In this document: one piece after another, positions 28,397 through 38,676 of the stretch
Layout of the letters: each line of letters begins with the position of its first letter
Numbering within the stretch: the stretch's first letter is position 1
Origin: Alphaproteobacteria bacterium
GTDB taxonomy: Bacteria; Pseudomonadota; Alphaproteobacteria; CALKHQ01
DNA length: 64,000 nt
Direction of reading: 5' to 3'
Assembly: GCA_965227515.1 (NCBI GenBank)
Contig: CBDDFZ010000002.1
Coordinates: forward strand, 832,001-896,000
The notes under the pieces: model-generated
Seen by the model: only the letters and a program-made list of their open reading frames with translations
Databases searched by the model: none
What the model was told of the DNA's origin: nothing
Program-made: the position numbers and the translations under genes

Positions 28397-29644
28397 CTAT
28401 GGCCGCGGCGTCTCGGTCGCGGCACTCAGGGCGGCCAGTGTCGCCGGGTCCAAGGCGCCGGTCGGGGTGAGGCCGTTTTCGGCCTGGAATGCCTTTAGCG
28501 CGGCGCCGGTATTGGGGCCATAGATGCCGTCGGCGGGGCCGGGCGCATAGCCGGCCGCCGAAAGTTGGGCCTGGGCGTCGGCAACGTTTGGCGATGGCCG
28601 CGGATCCAGCACCAGCACGCCGCCGAGGGCCGACCCCAGCGCCCGGCCGTCGGGCAGGTGGACCACCGCTGCAACCAGCCGTCCATCGCAGATGATGGTG
28701 GTCTGGGTCAGCGCGGCATCGGCGGGCAGGTGCGGCAGGTTGAGCCAGGTGGCGCCGGAGAGCGATGTGGCGATCGTGCGCCATGGCGTCTCCTCGGCGA
28801 TGTAGATCGGAGCACCGCAGGATTGCGCGCCGAAGCGAAACCCGCCGGTGGTGAGGCGGACGTCCAAGCCCATCAGCGGCGGCACGAACCGCCCGACCTG
28901 CGACCAGCTCGCGTGCTCTGGCGAGGCCTGATAGTCGACGGCCTGCCAACGCCCCGACAGCGCAGGGTCCCGGCCGGCATCGCGGCCCAGTTGGGCGAGG
29001 GCATCCGCGGCGCCCTGATGACCGGACTGCGCCGCGGCCAGGAACCAGCGCATGGCGGCATCCAGGTCGCGCTCAACACCGACCCCGCGCACCAGTTGCA
29101 CGGCGAGGTTGTACATGGCGCGCGCGGCGCCGCGTTCGGCAGCCTGGGTGTAGAGGTCGATGGCGCGCGCCAGATCGGCCTCGACGCCATCGCCAGTCTC
29201 GTACTGGACGCCGAGATTGAACAGCGCCTGCGGGTGGGGGTTCGGTGGTGCCGCAGCGCGCTCGAACCAGGCGGCCGCGGCTGCGGCATCGGCATCGGCA
29301 TCGCGGCCAAGCCCCTGGGCGAGCATCAGGCCGACAAGAAACGCGGCATCCCGGTCGCCGGACTCGGCGAGCGGCTGCAACGTCTCGAATGCCGTGGTGT
29401 AGTCCTCGGCCTCCAGGGCCTCTCGCCCTGCCGTCAGGGTATCTTGCGGCTCGGCGGATTGGGCCTGTGCGGTCGACCAGGCGGCGGTCGCCAGTACGAT
29501 CACCACGACTGCGGCGGCCAGGCTGATCTGCAACAGAGGCGCGGATGCCCTGGCCGACCAGGCGGGGCGAGCCATGGCTGTGGGAGGTGCGGCGCGTGGC
29601 CGCACACGGTGCCGCCAGCCGGGCCAAGTCAACGGAGCGTTCAT
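28397..29644 (-). CDS. Sel1-like repeat protein with C-terminal PG-binding domain (start uncertain)
   Basis: ALFNLGVQYETGDGV, AMYNLAVQLVRGVGV..D...AMRWF; AQAQLSAAGYAPGPADGIYGPNTGAALKAFQ. Confidence 0.85.
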   Translation of the reverse strand: MNAPLTWPGWRHRVRPRAAPPTAMARPAWSARASAPLLQISLAAAVVVIVLATAAWSTAQAQSAEPQDTLTAGREALEAEDYTTAFETLQPLAESGDRDAAFLVGLMLAQGLGRDADADAAAAAAWFERAAAPPNPHPQALFNLGVQYETGDGVEADLARAIDLYTQAAERGAARAMYNLAVQLVRGVGVERDLDAAMRWFLAAAQSGHQGAADALAQLGRDAGRDPALSGRWQAVDYQASPEHASWSQVGRFVPPLMGLDVRLTTGGFRFGAQSCGAPIYIAEETPWRTIATSLSGATWLNLPHLPADAALTQTTIICDGRLVAAVVHLPDGRALGSALGGVLVLDPRPSPNVADAQAQLSAAGYAPGPADGIYGPNTGAALKAFQAENGLTPTGALDPATLAALSAATETPRP

Positions 29645-29854
29645 GCTCCGGGCTTATATCATGGTGGATATTGATTGGCGCGGTGCAGTGTGCATCCGCC
29701 TCAGGTGCCCCAAACCCCAAATGACCGAACCGGCTGCCCGTACCGCCCGTGCTAGCGGAAGGTCGGACAGCCGGCTGGCCATGCATTCGGGCGGCGCAGG
29801 ATGAAACTGGGGAAGGGCGCGCCGACCGACTTTTTTGATATGCGGTCCAATCGA

Positions 29855-29886
29855 CCGCGCCGGGAAGGTTAGAAGTCCCGGCGCGG
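29855..29886 (-). terminator. hairpin downstream of the pilin gene
   Basis: ccgcgccggga/tcccggcgcgg inverted repeat. Confidence 0.45.
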
Positions 29887-29905
29887 CGTGCTTGGAGAGT
29901 TTGGC

Positions 29906-30112
29906 TTAGGCGCCCGAGCCCGTGCCGGTACCGGTGCCGGAAACAGCGCTGTCCAGCTCGGTCGAGACGGTGGAGAACATGGTCTCCAGGCTGTCGCCCA
30001 TGGTGGCCAGGGCGCCGATGGCGGCGACGGAGACCAGGGCGGCGATCAGGCCGTACTCGATGGCGGTGGCGCCGTCTTCGTTGGCAGCGAACTTCTTGAA
30101 CAGCTGGATCAT
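29906..30112 (-). CDS. flp: Flp family type IVb pilin
   Basis: AGGAG RBS; FAANEDG/ATAIEYGLIAALVSV cleavage site and Flp motif. Confidence 0.93.
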   Translation of the reverse strand: MIQLFKKFAANEDGATAIEYGLIAALVSVAAIGALATMGDSLETMFSTVSTELDSAVSGTGTGTGSGA

Positions 30113-30175
30113 TTTCTTGCTCCTCAGCACAGGTGATTCGGTGTGTTTCGATGACCCGATAATGCACCGGAAGTT

Positions 30176-30191
30176 CTAAAGGTGTGTTAAC
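30176..30191. promoter_or_regulatory. CtrA-like box upstream of the pilin gene
   Basis: CTAA-N7-TTAAC, one mismatch to consensus. Confidence 0.5.
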
Positions 30192-30503
30192 GCGGAAGTA
30201 TAAATTGATACAATTCGAACAATCCAAAAGAATACGATCTGTCTAATCAAAATATATCTGCATTTTATATTTCGGAACTTGTCTCAAATTTTATGCAAAT
30301 TGGATCGGACACGCGGCTGGTATGCGGCGTTGCGCGGTGGCGCCGGTATTGGTTGGAAGGCGGCTTTGGCCCGAGAGATCGATGCTCCGCCGCAATTGGT
30401 CCGGCCGCACCGTCTCGAATCTTGTCGCCGCCGCGCCCTGCGCGTACGCTGGCTGCTCATTTCATATTCAATTCACCTGATCCTATTTCGAAAGGTCATA
30501 TCC

Positions 30504-31622
30504 ATGTCGGAGATCTATTTCGCCACCAATCGATCCTACAATCGCAGGGGGCCGCGCCCGCCGGAATGGTTCGGGGAGGATTTTCACCCGGACGGGCCCT
30601 ACTACTACCGGGTTGGAAGAGCGCAGGTCCGCCGCGAGGGCGATGACTACCGCCTGCTGGCCATCGACGTGGAGCCGGAACGCAAGGAGCGCAAGCCGCG
30701 GCGCGATGTCGACCCAACCGACGTCACGGCGGAAGCCGGGATCGCTGCCTCGATGACGGTGAGCACTGTGGACAGGTCGGGCGCCATCGTCGGCAGCGCC
30801 AAGTTGTTCGAAACCCTGCGCCGGCAGCTGCTTCAGGACGGCCGCCACATCATCGGCTACATCCACGGGTTCGCGAATTCGTTCGAGAACAGCATCCTGC
30901 GCGCGGCGCAGCTTCAGTCCGAATACCGGGTCGACGGCATCGACCCGATCGTGTTCGCGTTCTCCTGGCCGTCCGACGCAAGCATGACGCCGTTTTCCGC
31001 CTATCGCAGCGACCGGCAGGATGCGAAGGCATCCGGCATCGCGATGGCGCGGGCGATGATGCGGCTGATCGCGTTCCTCCGCGACCTCGACCCGCCGGAG
31101 CGCGAAGACCAGGGCGGGGGGCGTGTGCAATGCGCATGTCCGATGCACCTGGTGGCGCACAGCATGGGCAACTGGGCGCTGAGGCACGCCATCGCGGGGC
31201 TGGCGGAGATGCTGAACACCCAGCAGTTGCCGCGCCTGTTCGACAATGTGTTCCTGATGGCCGCCGACGAGGACAACGACGCCCTGGAGCACAGCTACAA
31301 GCTGAGCCTGTTGGCCCGGCTGGCCCACCGCACGCACGTCTATTATGCATCCGACGATCGGGCGCTCCACATCTCGACCGAAACCAAGGGCAACTCGGAC
31401 CGGTTGGGGGCCGATGGGCCGCGCAATTTGGCGCTGGCGGACGAGCGCTTTTTCGCGGTCGACTGTTCCGACGTGTCCAGCACGTCCACCACGCACTTGC
31501 GCCACCAGTACTACCGGCTGCGTCCGGAGGTGATCGAGGATGTGCGCAGGGTGATGGCCGGCCAGCCGCGCCCGCACGAATTGAGGATCGGCGAACGGCG
31601 CTGGCGCTTGCGGCCCGAATAG
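30504..31622 (+). CDS. alpha/beta hydrolase, DUF900-like
   Basis: IYFATNR, YIHGFANSF, FSWPS, LVAHSMGN nucleophile elbow, DRAL..S, HQYY. Confidence 0.85.
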   Translation: MSEIYFATNRSYNRRGPRPPEWFGEDFHPDGPYYYRVGRAQVRREGDDYRLLAIDVEPERKERKPRRDVDPTDVTAEAGIAASMTVSTVDRSGAIVGSAKLFETLRRQLLQDGRHIIGYIHGFANSFENSILRAAQLQSEYRVDGIDPIVFAFSWPSDASMTPFSAYRSDRQDAKASGIAMARAMMRLIAFLRDLDPPEREDQGGGRVQCACPMHLVAHSMGNWALRHAIAGLAEMLNTQQLPRLFDNVFLMAADEDNDALEHSYKLSLLARLAHRTHVYYASDDRALHISTETKGNSDRLGADGPRNLALADERFFAVDCSDVSSTSTTHLRHQYYRLRPEVIEDVRRVMAGQPRPHELRIGERRWRLRPE

Positions 31623-31642
31623 CGTGAGCGGGCGTGCAAGGC

Positions 31643-31671
31643 TTGCCATTTGCGGGCGGCATCGCTATAAG
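31643..31671 (+). promoter_or_regulatory. sigma70 promoter of rpmI-rplT
   Basis: TTGCCA-N17-TATAAG. Confidence 0.65.
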
Positions 31672-31786
31672 CCCGCCTTTCCAAATCGATCGCCCGGCCC
31701 GGCACGATCATGTGCCCATTGGGCATGCCGCGGCGGTTTTCGCGCGGCGCCGTTCAGGCGCTGGCCACACGAATAGGAGTGCGAAA

Positions 31787-31984
31787 ATGCCCAAGATGAA
31801 GACGAAGAGCAGTGCCAAGAAGCGGTTCAGCTTCACTGCGACCGGCAAAATCAGGCACAACGCGGCCTACAAGCGGCACGGCATGCGCAAGCGTCCGCAG
31901 AAGATGATCAGGCAGACGCGCGGCACCGAGATCCTGGCGCCCTGCGATGCCAAGTTCGTGCGACGCTTCCTGCCCAACGGCTAG
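31787..31984 (+). CDS. rpmI: 50S ribosomal protein L35
   Basis: [21 protein letters not shown]; AGGAG RBS. Confidence 0.97.
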   Translation: MPKMKTKSSAKKRFSFTATGKIRHNAAYKRHGMRKRPQKMIRQTRGTEILAPCDAKFVRRFLPNG

Positions 31985-32012
31985 CCGGTTCCAGCGACGG
32001 AGAATCTGACAG

Positions 32013-32375
32013 ATGGCACGTGTAAAGCGCGGGACCACGTCCAAGGCCCGCCATAAGAAAGTCCTCGACCTCGCCAAGGGGTCGCGGGGTCGTTCCAAGA
32101 ACACCATTCGCGTTGCGCGCCAGCGGGTCGAAAAGGACCTGCAATACGCGTATCGCGACCGCCGTGTGCGCAAGCGCCAGTTCCGCGGTCTGTGGATCCA
32201 GCGGATCAATGCCGGCGCGCGTGAGCACGGTCTCACCTATTCGCAGTTCATGAACGGGCTGAAAAAGGCAGGCATCGAGGTCGACCGCAAGGTGCTGGCC
32301 GATCTGGCTGTGCACGACGCCACCGGCTTCGAGGCGCTGGTCACCCGCGCCCGCTCGTTTATCACCGAAAGCTGA
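32013..32375 (+). CDS. rplT: 50S ribosomal protein L20
   Basis: MARVKRG...[25 protein letters not shown]...DRKVLADLA. Confidence 0.98.
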   Translation: MARVKRGTTSKARHKKVLDLAKGSRGRSKNTIRVARQRVEKDLQYAYRDRRVRKRQFRGLWIQRINAGAREHGLTYSQFMNGLKKAGIEVDRKVLADLAVHDATGFEALVTRARSFITES

Positions 32376-32419
32376 GGCCCCCGGAGCAGCCAGTACGCAT
32401 TGCATCGGGAAGTTGTTGC

Positions 32420-32448
32420 GGGGCCGTTCGACTGAGCGGCCCCTTTTT
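32420..32448 (+). terminator. rho-independent terminator after rplT
   Basis: ggggccgttc/gagcggcccc hairpin followed by TTTTT. Confidence 0.8.
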
Positions 32449-32480
32449 GTTGCTGGATGAACGTTGGATACGGTTCGAAG

Positions 32481-33557
32481 ATGAACGAGACGGACATACA
32501 GGCGCTGAAGCAGGAGGCGCTGGCGGCCGCAGGGGCGGCGGCGGACCTGGACGCGCTGGAGGCGCTGCGCATCGCCGAGCTTGGCCGCAAGGGGCGGCTG
32601 ACCGAGCAGATGAAGACGCTGGGCAAGCTGGCGCCGGACGAGCGCCGCCAGGCCGGCCAGGCGCTGAACGAGGCCAAAAACGAGATCGCGGCGGCGATCG
32701 AGGCACGCCGGGCCGTGCTGGCGGACGCCGAGCTTGAAGCGCGTCTGGTCGAGGAGCGGCTGGACCTGACCCTGCCGGTGCGCGCCGAGCACGCGGGCGC
32801 GATCCACCCGATCAGCCAGACCGTCGACGAGGTGATCGAGATTTTCGGCCAGATGGGTTTCCAGCTCGCCGAAGGGCCGGACATCGAGGACGATTTCCAC
32901 AACTTCACCGCGCTGAACATCCCGCCGGAGCATCCGGCCCGCCAGATGCACGACACTTTCTATGTCGAAGCGGAAGGCGATGAGACGCCGATGGTGCTGC
33001 GCACCCACACCTCGCCGGTGCAGATCCGCACCATGCGCGCCGGCGAGCCGCCGTTCCGCATCATCGCGCCCGGCCGCACCTATCGCTGCGACAGCGACAT
33101 GACCCACACCCCGATGTTCCATCAGGTCGAGGGGCTGGTGGTCGACGAGACCACCCACATGGGCCACCTGAAGGGCTGCCTGACCGATTTCGTGCAGGCC
33201 TATTTCGGCATATCCGACCTGAAGGTGCGGTTCCGCCCGTCCTACTTCCCGTTCACGGAGCCGTCGGCGGAGATGGACATCGGCTGCGACCGCTCCGGCG
33301 GCAAGCTCGTCATCGGCGAGGGCGACGACTGGCTGGAGATCCTGGGCTGCGGCATGGTCCACCCTCGGGTGCTGGAATATTGCGACATCGACCCGGCGCG
33401 CTACCAGGGCTTCGCCTTCGGCATGGGTATCGAGCGGATCGCGATGCTGAAGTACGGCATTCCGGACCTGCGCACCTTCTTCGACGGCGACCTGCGCTGG
33501 CTGCGCCACTATGGCTTCCAGTCGTTGGGCATCCCCAGCCTTGTCCGCGGGCAGTAG
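32481..33557 (+). CDS. pheS: phenylalanyl-tRNA synthetase alpha subunit
   Basis: [52 protein letters not shown]. Confidence 0.98.
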   Translation: MNETDIQALKQEALAAAGAAADLDALEALRIAELGRKGRLTEQMKTLGKLAPDERRQAGQALNEAKNEIAAAIEARRAVLADAELEARLVEERLDLTLPVRAEHAGAIHPISQTVDEVIEIFGQMGFQLAEGPDIEDDFHNFTALNIPPEHPARQMHDTFYVEAEGDETPMVLRTHTSPVQIRTMRAGEPPFRIIAPGRTYRCDSDMTHTPMFHQVEGLVVDETTHMGHLKGCLTDFVQAYFGISDLKVRFRPSYFPFTEPSAEMDIGCDRSGGKLVIGEGDDWLEILGCGMVHPRVLEYCDIDPARYQGFAFGMGIERIAMLKYGIPDLRTFFDGDLRWLRHYGFQSLGIPSLVRGQ

Positions 33558-33582
33558 GCGCGATGGTTGGGACACACTCCAT

Positions 33583-33708
33583 TGTCATCCTTGGCCGATG
33601 CCCACGCGGCTTGCCGGAAGGCAAGCAGAGGGCTGAGCGCCGAGGATCCATGGCTGGGTTCGCGCGATATCGGAAATGGACCCTCGGCCTGACGGCCAAG
33701 GGTGACAA
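33583..33708. repeat. RPE/REP-like palindromic element between pheS and pheT (GTCATCCT..GG type)
   Basis: tgtcatccttggcc...ggccaagggtgaca termini; inner ccgaggatccat/atggaccctcgg. Confidence 0.7.
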
Positions 33709-33780
33709 CACGTTTTTGTGGGCGGCGCCGTGCGCTCGTGAAGCGGCTGCCGTCACCCGCCACACCGGGAATTCTGAGAT

Positions 33781-36198
33781 ATGAAATTCACCCTGTCCTG
33801 GCTGAAGGAACACCTCGACACCGAGGCCGACCTCGCCACCATCGCCGAGCGGCTGACCGCGCTGGGCCTGGAAGTCGACGGCATCGACAACCCGGCCGAG
33901 GCGCTGTCCGCGTTCCGCGTCGGCTACGTAAAATCGGCCGAGCAGCACCCGAATGCCGACCGGCTGCGTGTCTGCGTGGTCGATACCGGCCATGGCGACG
34001 TGCAGGTGGTGTGCGGCGCGCCGAACGCGCGGGCTGGCATGAAGGGCGTGTTCGCGCCGGCCGGCACCCACATCCCCGGCACCGGGCTCGATCTGAAGAA
34101 GGGGGTGATCCGCGGCGAAGAGTCGAATGGCATGCTGTGCTCGGAACGCGAGATGGGCGTCAGCGACGACCACGAGGGCATCATCGAGCTCGACCCGGAT
34201 GCGCCCGTGGGCGCGGCCTATGCCGAGGTGATGGGGCTGGACGACCCGGTGATCGACGTCGCGCTGACGCCGGATCGCGGCGACTGCGCCGGTGTGCGCG
34301 GCATCGCCCGCGACCTGGCGGCAGCAGGAGTCGGCGCGCTCAGGCCCGACCCGCGTCAGGAGAAGGTCGCCGGCACGTTCGACAGCCCGGTCAAGTGGCA
34401 CCGCGACCTGGAGGCCCACCCCGAGGCGTGCCCCCTGGTGATCGGCCGCTATTTCCGCAATGTGAAGAACGGCCCCAGCCCGCAATGGGTGCAGGAGCGG
34501 CTGCGCGCCATCGGCCTGCGCCCGATCTCCGCGCTGGTCGACATTGCCAACCTGGTGACCATGGACCTGGGCCGGCCGCTGCACGTGTTCGATGCCGACA
34601 AGCTGGCCGGCGACCTGACCATGCGGTTCGCCCGCAATGGCGAGCGCATCCTGGCCCTCAACGACAAGGAATACGAACTTGACGGCGAGATGACCGTCAT
34701 CGCCGACGACAATGGCGTGCACGGCATCGGCGGCATCATGGGCGGCGAGGTGACCGGCTGCACCGAGGAGACCACCAACGTGTTCCTGGAGGTGGCGCTG
34801 TTCGACCCGGTGCGTACCGCGGCCACCGGCCGCCGGCTCGCCATCGACTCCGATGCCCGCTACCGCTTCGAGCGCGGGCTCGATCCGAACTCGGCCTATT
34901 GGGGCGCGGAGGTGGCGGCCCATCTGGTGCAGGAGCTCTGCGGTGGCGAGGCGAGCCACATCGTGGAGGCGGGCGAACTGCCGCCGGTGCGTACCGCGAT
35001 CACCCTGCGGCCGGAACGGGTGGCGGCCCTGGGCGGCATTGAGGTGGCGAAGGACGAGAGCCAGGCGATCCTCGACCGGCTGGGCTTCGAGACCCGTGCC
35101 GCCAATGGCCACATCGTCGCGACCCCGCCGCCGTGGCGGCCCGACGTCGAGGGCGAGGCCGACCTGGTGGAGGAGGTGGTGCGCGTTGTCGGTTACGACG
35201 CGGTCGCGGCGGTATCGATGCCGCCGGTGGCCGCCCTGCCGCCGGCCGTGCTGACCGACGCCCAGCGCGCCGTCTCCACCATCAAGCGCACGCTGGCCGC
35301 GCGCGGGCTGGACGAGGCGGTGTGCTTTTCGTTCACCTCGCGCGCACTGGCCGAGCCGTTCGCACCGGAAACGGGTGTCGTGCCGCTGGCCAACCCGATC
35401 AGCGCCGACCTGGACGTGATGCGCCCCTCGGTGCTGCCATCGCTGCTGGCTGCCGCCAAGCGCAACATCGACCGTGGGTTCGCCGATTTCGGCCTGTTCG
35501 AGCTTGGCCCCTGTTATGTCGACCGCACGCCCAAGGGCCAGCATCTGGTCGCTGCCGGCCTGCGTGTCGGCCGCACCGGTCCGCGCCATTGGGCGGAGGC
35601 GGCGGCCAACCGCACTGCGCGCGCCGCCGACCCCTATGACGTCAAGGCCGACTGTCTGGCCGCGTTGGCGGCGGTGGGCGCGCCGGCCGGCAATCTGCAG
35701 GTCACCGCCGACCCGCCGGCCTGGTATCACCCGGGGCGCGCCGGTACGCTGCGCCTGGGCAAGAACGAGGTCGCCTGGTTCGGCGAGATCCACCCGCGGG
35801 TGGCGCGCCTGTTCGACCTGGAGGGCGAGACGGTTGTCGCGTTCGAGATCTTCGTCGAGCGTGCGCCGTTGCCGAAGCGCAAGTCGGCGCAAATCCCGCT
35901 GTTGCAGGCCTCCGACCTGCAGCCGGTGGAGCGCGACTTCGCCTTCATCGTCGATGCGGCAACCCCGTCCGACAGCTTGGTCCGCGCGGCCAAGAGTGCG
36001 GAGAAGAAGCTGATCGCGGCGGTCGACGTGTTCGACGTCTACGAGGGCGAGCATATGGAAGCCGGCAAGAAGTCGGTCGCCATCGCCGTCACCTTGCAGC
36101 CCGTCGACAAGACGTTCTCCGACGCCGAGATCGACCAGATCGCGGCCAAGGTGGTGGCCGCCGTGGGCAAGCAGACCGGCGGCACGCTGCGCGGTTAA
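33781..36198 (+). CDS. pheT: phenylalanyl-tRNA synthetase beta subunit
   Basis: MKFTLSWLKEH, HPNADRL, VVCGAPN, TPDRGDC, RYRFERG, C-terminal FDVYEG...LRG. Confidence 0.98.
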   Translation: MKFTLSWLKEHLDTEADLATIAERLTALGLEVDGIDNPAEALSAFRVGYVKSAEQHPNADRLRVCVVDTGHGDVQVVCGAPNARAGMKGVFAPAGTHIPGTGLDLKKGVIRGEESNGMLCSEREMGVSDDHEGIIELDPDAPVGAAYAEVMGLDDPVIDVALTPDRGDCAGVRGIARDLAAAGVGALRPDPRQEKVAGTFDSPVKWHRDLEAHPEACPLVIGRYFRNVKNGPSPQWVQERLRAIGLRPISALVDIANLVTMDLGRPLHVFDADKLAGDLTMRFARNGERILALNDKEYELDGEMTVIADDNGVHGIGGIMGGEVTGCTEETTNVFLEVALFDPVRTAATGRRLAIDSDARYRFERGLDPNSAYWGAEVAAHLVQELCGGEASHIVEAGELPPVRTAITLRPERVAALGGIEVAKDESQAILDRLGFETRAANGHIVATPPPWRPDVEGEADLVEEVVRVVGYDAVAAVSMPPVAALPPAVLTDAQRAVSTIKRTLAARGLDEAVCFSFTSRALAEPFAPETGVVPLANPISADLDVMRPSVLPSLLAAAKRNIDRGFADFGLFELGPCYVDRTPKGQHLVAAGLRVGRTGPRHWAEAAANRTARAADPYDVKADCLAALAAVGAPAGNLQVTADPPAWYHPGRAGTLRLGKNEVAWFGEIHPRVARLFDLEGETVVAFEIFVERAPLPKRKSAQIPLLQASDLQPVERDFAFIVDAATPSDSLVRAAKSAEKKLIAAVDVFDVYEGEHMEAGKKSVAIAVTLQPVDKTFSDAEIDQIAAKVVAAVGKQTGGTLRG

Positions 36199-36216
36199 CG
36201 CGGACGAACCTTAGCC

Positions 36217-36480
36217 ACCCTCTCCCCGCGGTACGCGCGGGAGAGGGTGGGACCCGGCGCCTGCCTTTGGTTCGGCCGAAGGGCGGACCGAGGGCGTAAG
36301 GCGTCGGGAGGGTGAGGGCAATGGCGCGGGCGGTCGCGTCGGCACGGCTCTGCAGGCAAGAACGTCACCCTCTCGCCGGACAATTAGGCGGTCGCAATCG
36401 ATCGTGCCGCGCCCCTCACCTTCCCAGCCTTCGGCTGGGCCCCTTCCTCTCCCGCACCGCTTCGCGGCGGGGCGAGGAGA
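36217..36480. repeat. CCCTCTCCCC..GGGAGAGGG-type palindromic intergenic element (two inverted halves)
   Basis: accctctccccgc..gcgggagagggtgggacccgg..gggagggtgagg and the mirror ccctcaccttcccag..gggcccc..ctctcccgc. Confidence 0.7.
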
Positions 36481-36525
36481 TTGCGTCGCACGTTGCCGAG
36501 ATGTGTGGCATGTCAATGGTGTGAG

Positions 36526-37542
36526 GTGCGATTGTCCCAGGTATCCGACTGGCTGAAGGTCACGCCGCGCGGGCTCTATTGCGTGCCGGGCGACTTCTAT
36601 GTCGACCCGATGGGCGCGGTCGACTGCGCGGTCGTCACCCATGGCCATGCCGACCATGCCCGCGCCGGCCATGCCCATGTGCTGGCAACCGCGCCGACGG
36701 CGGCGATCATGCGTGCCCGCTTCGGCGAGGAGAGCGCCGGCACCTATCAGCATGTGGCCTACGGCGAAACCGTCAGCCACAACGGGGTCGCCGTGCGGCT
36801 GGTGCCGGCGGGCCATGTGCTGGGCAGCGCGCAAGTGGTGCTGGAGCATGCGGGCAAGCGCGCCGTCGTCTCAGGCGACTATAAGCGGCGGCCCGACCCC
36901 ACTTGCGCGCGGTTCCAGGTCGTGACCTGCGACGTCTACATTTCGGAGGCGACGTTCGGCCTGCCGGTGTTCCGCCACCCGCCGGACAGTGCCGAGATCG
37001 GCAAGGTTATATCGGCGCTCGCCCTGTTCCCGGAGCGCACAATCGTCGTCGGCGCGTACGCGCTCGGCAAGGCACAGCGGGTGATCGCACTGCTGCGCCA
37101 GGCCGGGCACAACGCACCGATCTACATCCACGGCGCGCTGCAGAAGCTCTGCGATCTCTACCGCGATTTCGGTGTCGACCTGGGCGAGCTGAGGCCGGCC
37201 ACGGTGGCGGCGAAGGCGGAGCTGGCCGGGCAGATCGTGATCGCGCCGCCGTCGGCCACCCAGGACCGCTGGGCGCGCCGGCTGACCGATCCGCTGGTCG
37301 CGATGGCGAGTGGCTGGATGCGGGTGCGCGCCCGCGCCCGCCAGCGCGGGGTCGAGCTGCCGCTGATCGTCTCCGACCACGCCGATTGGGACGAGCTGAC
37401 CCAGACCTTCCACGACGTCGCGGCGCAAGAGATCTGGATCACCCACGGCAGCGAGGAGGCCCTGGTCCATTACGCCGAGACCCAGGGCATGAACGCCCGC
37501 GCACTCTCCCTTGTCGGCCGCGACGAGGGGGACGATGGGTAG
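36526..37542 (+). CDS. ligase-associated DNA damage response exonuclease (MBL/beta-CASP fold); start 36526 or 36532
   Basis: GLYC.PGDFYVDP, THGHADHA, AGHVLGSAQ, SGDYKR, EATFGLPVF, SDHADW, THG. Confidence 0.9.
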   Translation: MRLSQVSDWLKVTPRGLYCVPGDFYVDPMGAVDCAVVTHGHADHARAGHAHVLATAPTAAIMRARFGEESAGTYQHVAYGETVSHNGVAVRLVPAGHVLGSAQVVLEHAGKRAVVSGDYKRRPDPTCARFQVVTCDVYISEATFGLPVFRHPPDSAEIGKVISALALFPERTIVVGAYALGKAQRVIALLRQAGHNAPIYIHGALQKLCDLYRDFGVDLGELRPATVAAKAELAGQIVIAPPSATQDRWARRLTDPLVAMASGWMRVRARARQRGVELPLIVSDHADWDELTQTFHDVAAQEIWITHGSEEALVHYAETQGMNARALSLVGRDEGDDG

Positions 37543-37543
37543 A

Positions 37544-38044
37544 TCAAACCGGGTGCCGGTAGACCAAGGTTTCAGGGTTTAAGCGCGCGGCATCGGGATC
37601 CAGGGTCGCGCCCATGCGTTCAGCCAAGCGGCGTGAGCGCGTATTTGGCGGATCGATATTGCTGACCAGGCTTGCCAGCTTGCCGGTACCCAGCCCCCAG
37701 TCGCGCATCGCAACCGCCGCTTCGAAGGCGTAACCCTGCCCCTCGCCCCCTTCGTACAGCATCCAGCCCAATTCCGGCTCCGGGTCGCGCGGGCCGACAT
37801 TGATCGCCACGCTGCCGAGACATCGGCCATTATCTTGGCGGTCGATCATCAGGCCGCCAAACCCGACCAGCGGCCATTTGCCGATTTCCTGGCAGAAACA
37901 GGCCCAGGCCCCAGCGTCATCGTATGGCCCATCCATGTACTGCGCGCGCTGGGACGTCATGAGGCGTTGATACTCGGGCCAATCGTCGATATGCGGCGTG
38001 CGCAGTACCAGGCGTTCGGTCTCCAATCTTGGAATTTCGCTCAT
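37544..38044 (-). CDS. GNAT acetyltransferase (RimJ/RimL type)
   Basis: IPRLETERLVLR, EPELGW, GQGYAFEAA, NTRSRRLAERMG. Confidence 0.9.
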   Translation of the reverse strand: MSEIPRLETERLVLRTPHIDDWPEYQRLMTSQRAQYMDGPYDDAGAWACFCQEIGKWPLVGFGGLMIDRQDNGRCLGSVAINVGPRDPEPELGWMLYEGGEGQGYAFEAAVAMRDWGLGTGKLASLVSNIDPPNTRSRRLAERMGATLDPDAARLNPETLVYRHPV

Positions 38045-38358
38045 ATCAGGCTCTCAAGAGTCGTTTGCGCGCGAATTCTGCAGCAATATGCGAGTTGCAA
38101 CGCGGCATTGCTCGGACAATTCCGTATCAGACGGCTCATTGTTGCAAGCCGTGGCCTGGAATGGCTTGGAGTCTAGCGCGTTTGCCGGATTTCGGTTGAT
38201 CTGGACGGCCAAGAACCCCACATCACGTCGTGTCCCACCGCGCGCCGGCAGGGACGGCGGCGCATGCGGACAAAGGCCTTGCTGCAGTGCAGCATTAGGA
38301 TTATGTTAAGGATTACATCAGGACATTAACCGTGTTCTGAATTCCCGAGGAGGTTTCG

Positions 38359-38598
38359 ATGAGCAGTGAGATGGCCGCCGGCCAGTGTTTGCGCGATTTG
38401 CGCGAGGCGGCCCAGATAACGCAGGCCGAGTTGGCCGAGATGTTGATGATTGGCGCACACACGATCGCCGAAATCGAGAAGGGCGCGAAGGCGGTGCCGT
38501 CTTTCGCCATGGCGCACTTGGCGCGCGTGTTCGACATGCCGGCGCACAAGCTGGCCAGCCGCTTCGAGAACGACGAGCCGGCCCGCGCGGCGGCCTGA
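38359..38598 (+). CDS. XRE-family helix-turn-helix protein
   Basis: GAGGAGG RBS; LRDLREAAQITQAELAEML..GAHTIAEIEKG. Confidence 0.85.
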   Translation: MSSEMAAGQCLRDLREAAQITQAELAEMLMIGAHTIAEIEKGAKAVPSFAMAHLARVFDMPAHKLASRFENDEPARAAA

Positions 38599-38676
38599 CC
38601 GTCTGCCGAACTCTGTTGCCCGCGTCGGCCCTTCCGAGACCGGAGGGGCCTGTAGGTGGGTCTACAACACAGCCGA

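Noticed and set aside
31672-31786. L20 leader RNA upstream of rpmI
   Set aside because: Plausible by position, but I could not verify a structure by eye; needs a covariance-model search
33310-36054. 914-aa minus-strand ORF
   Set aside because: Shadow of pheS/pheT
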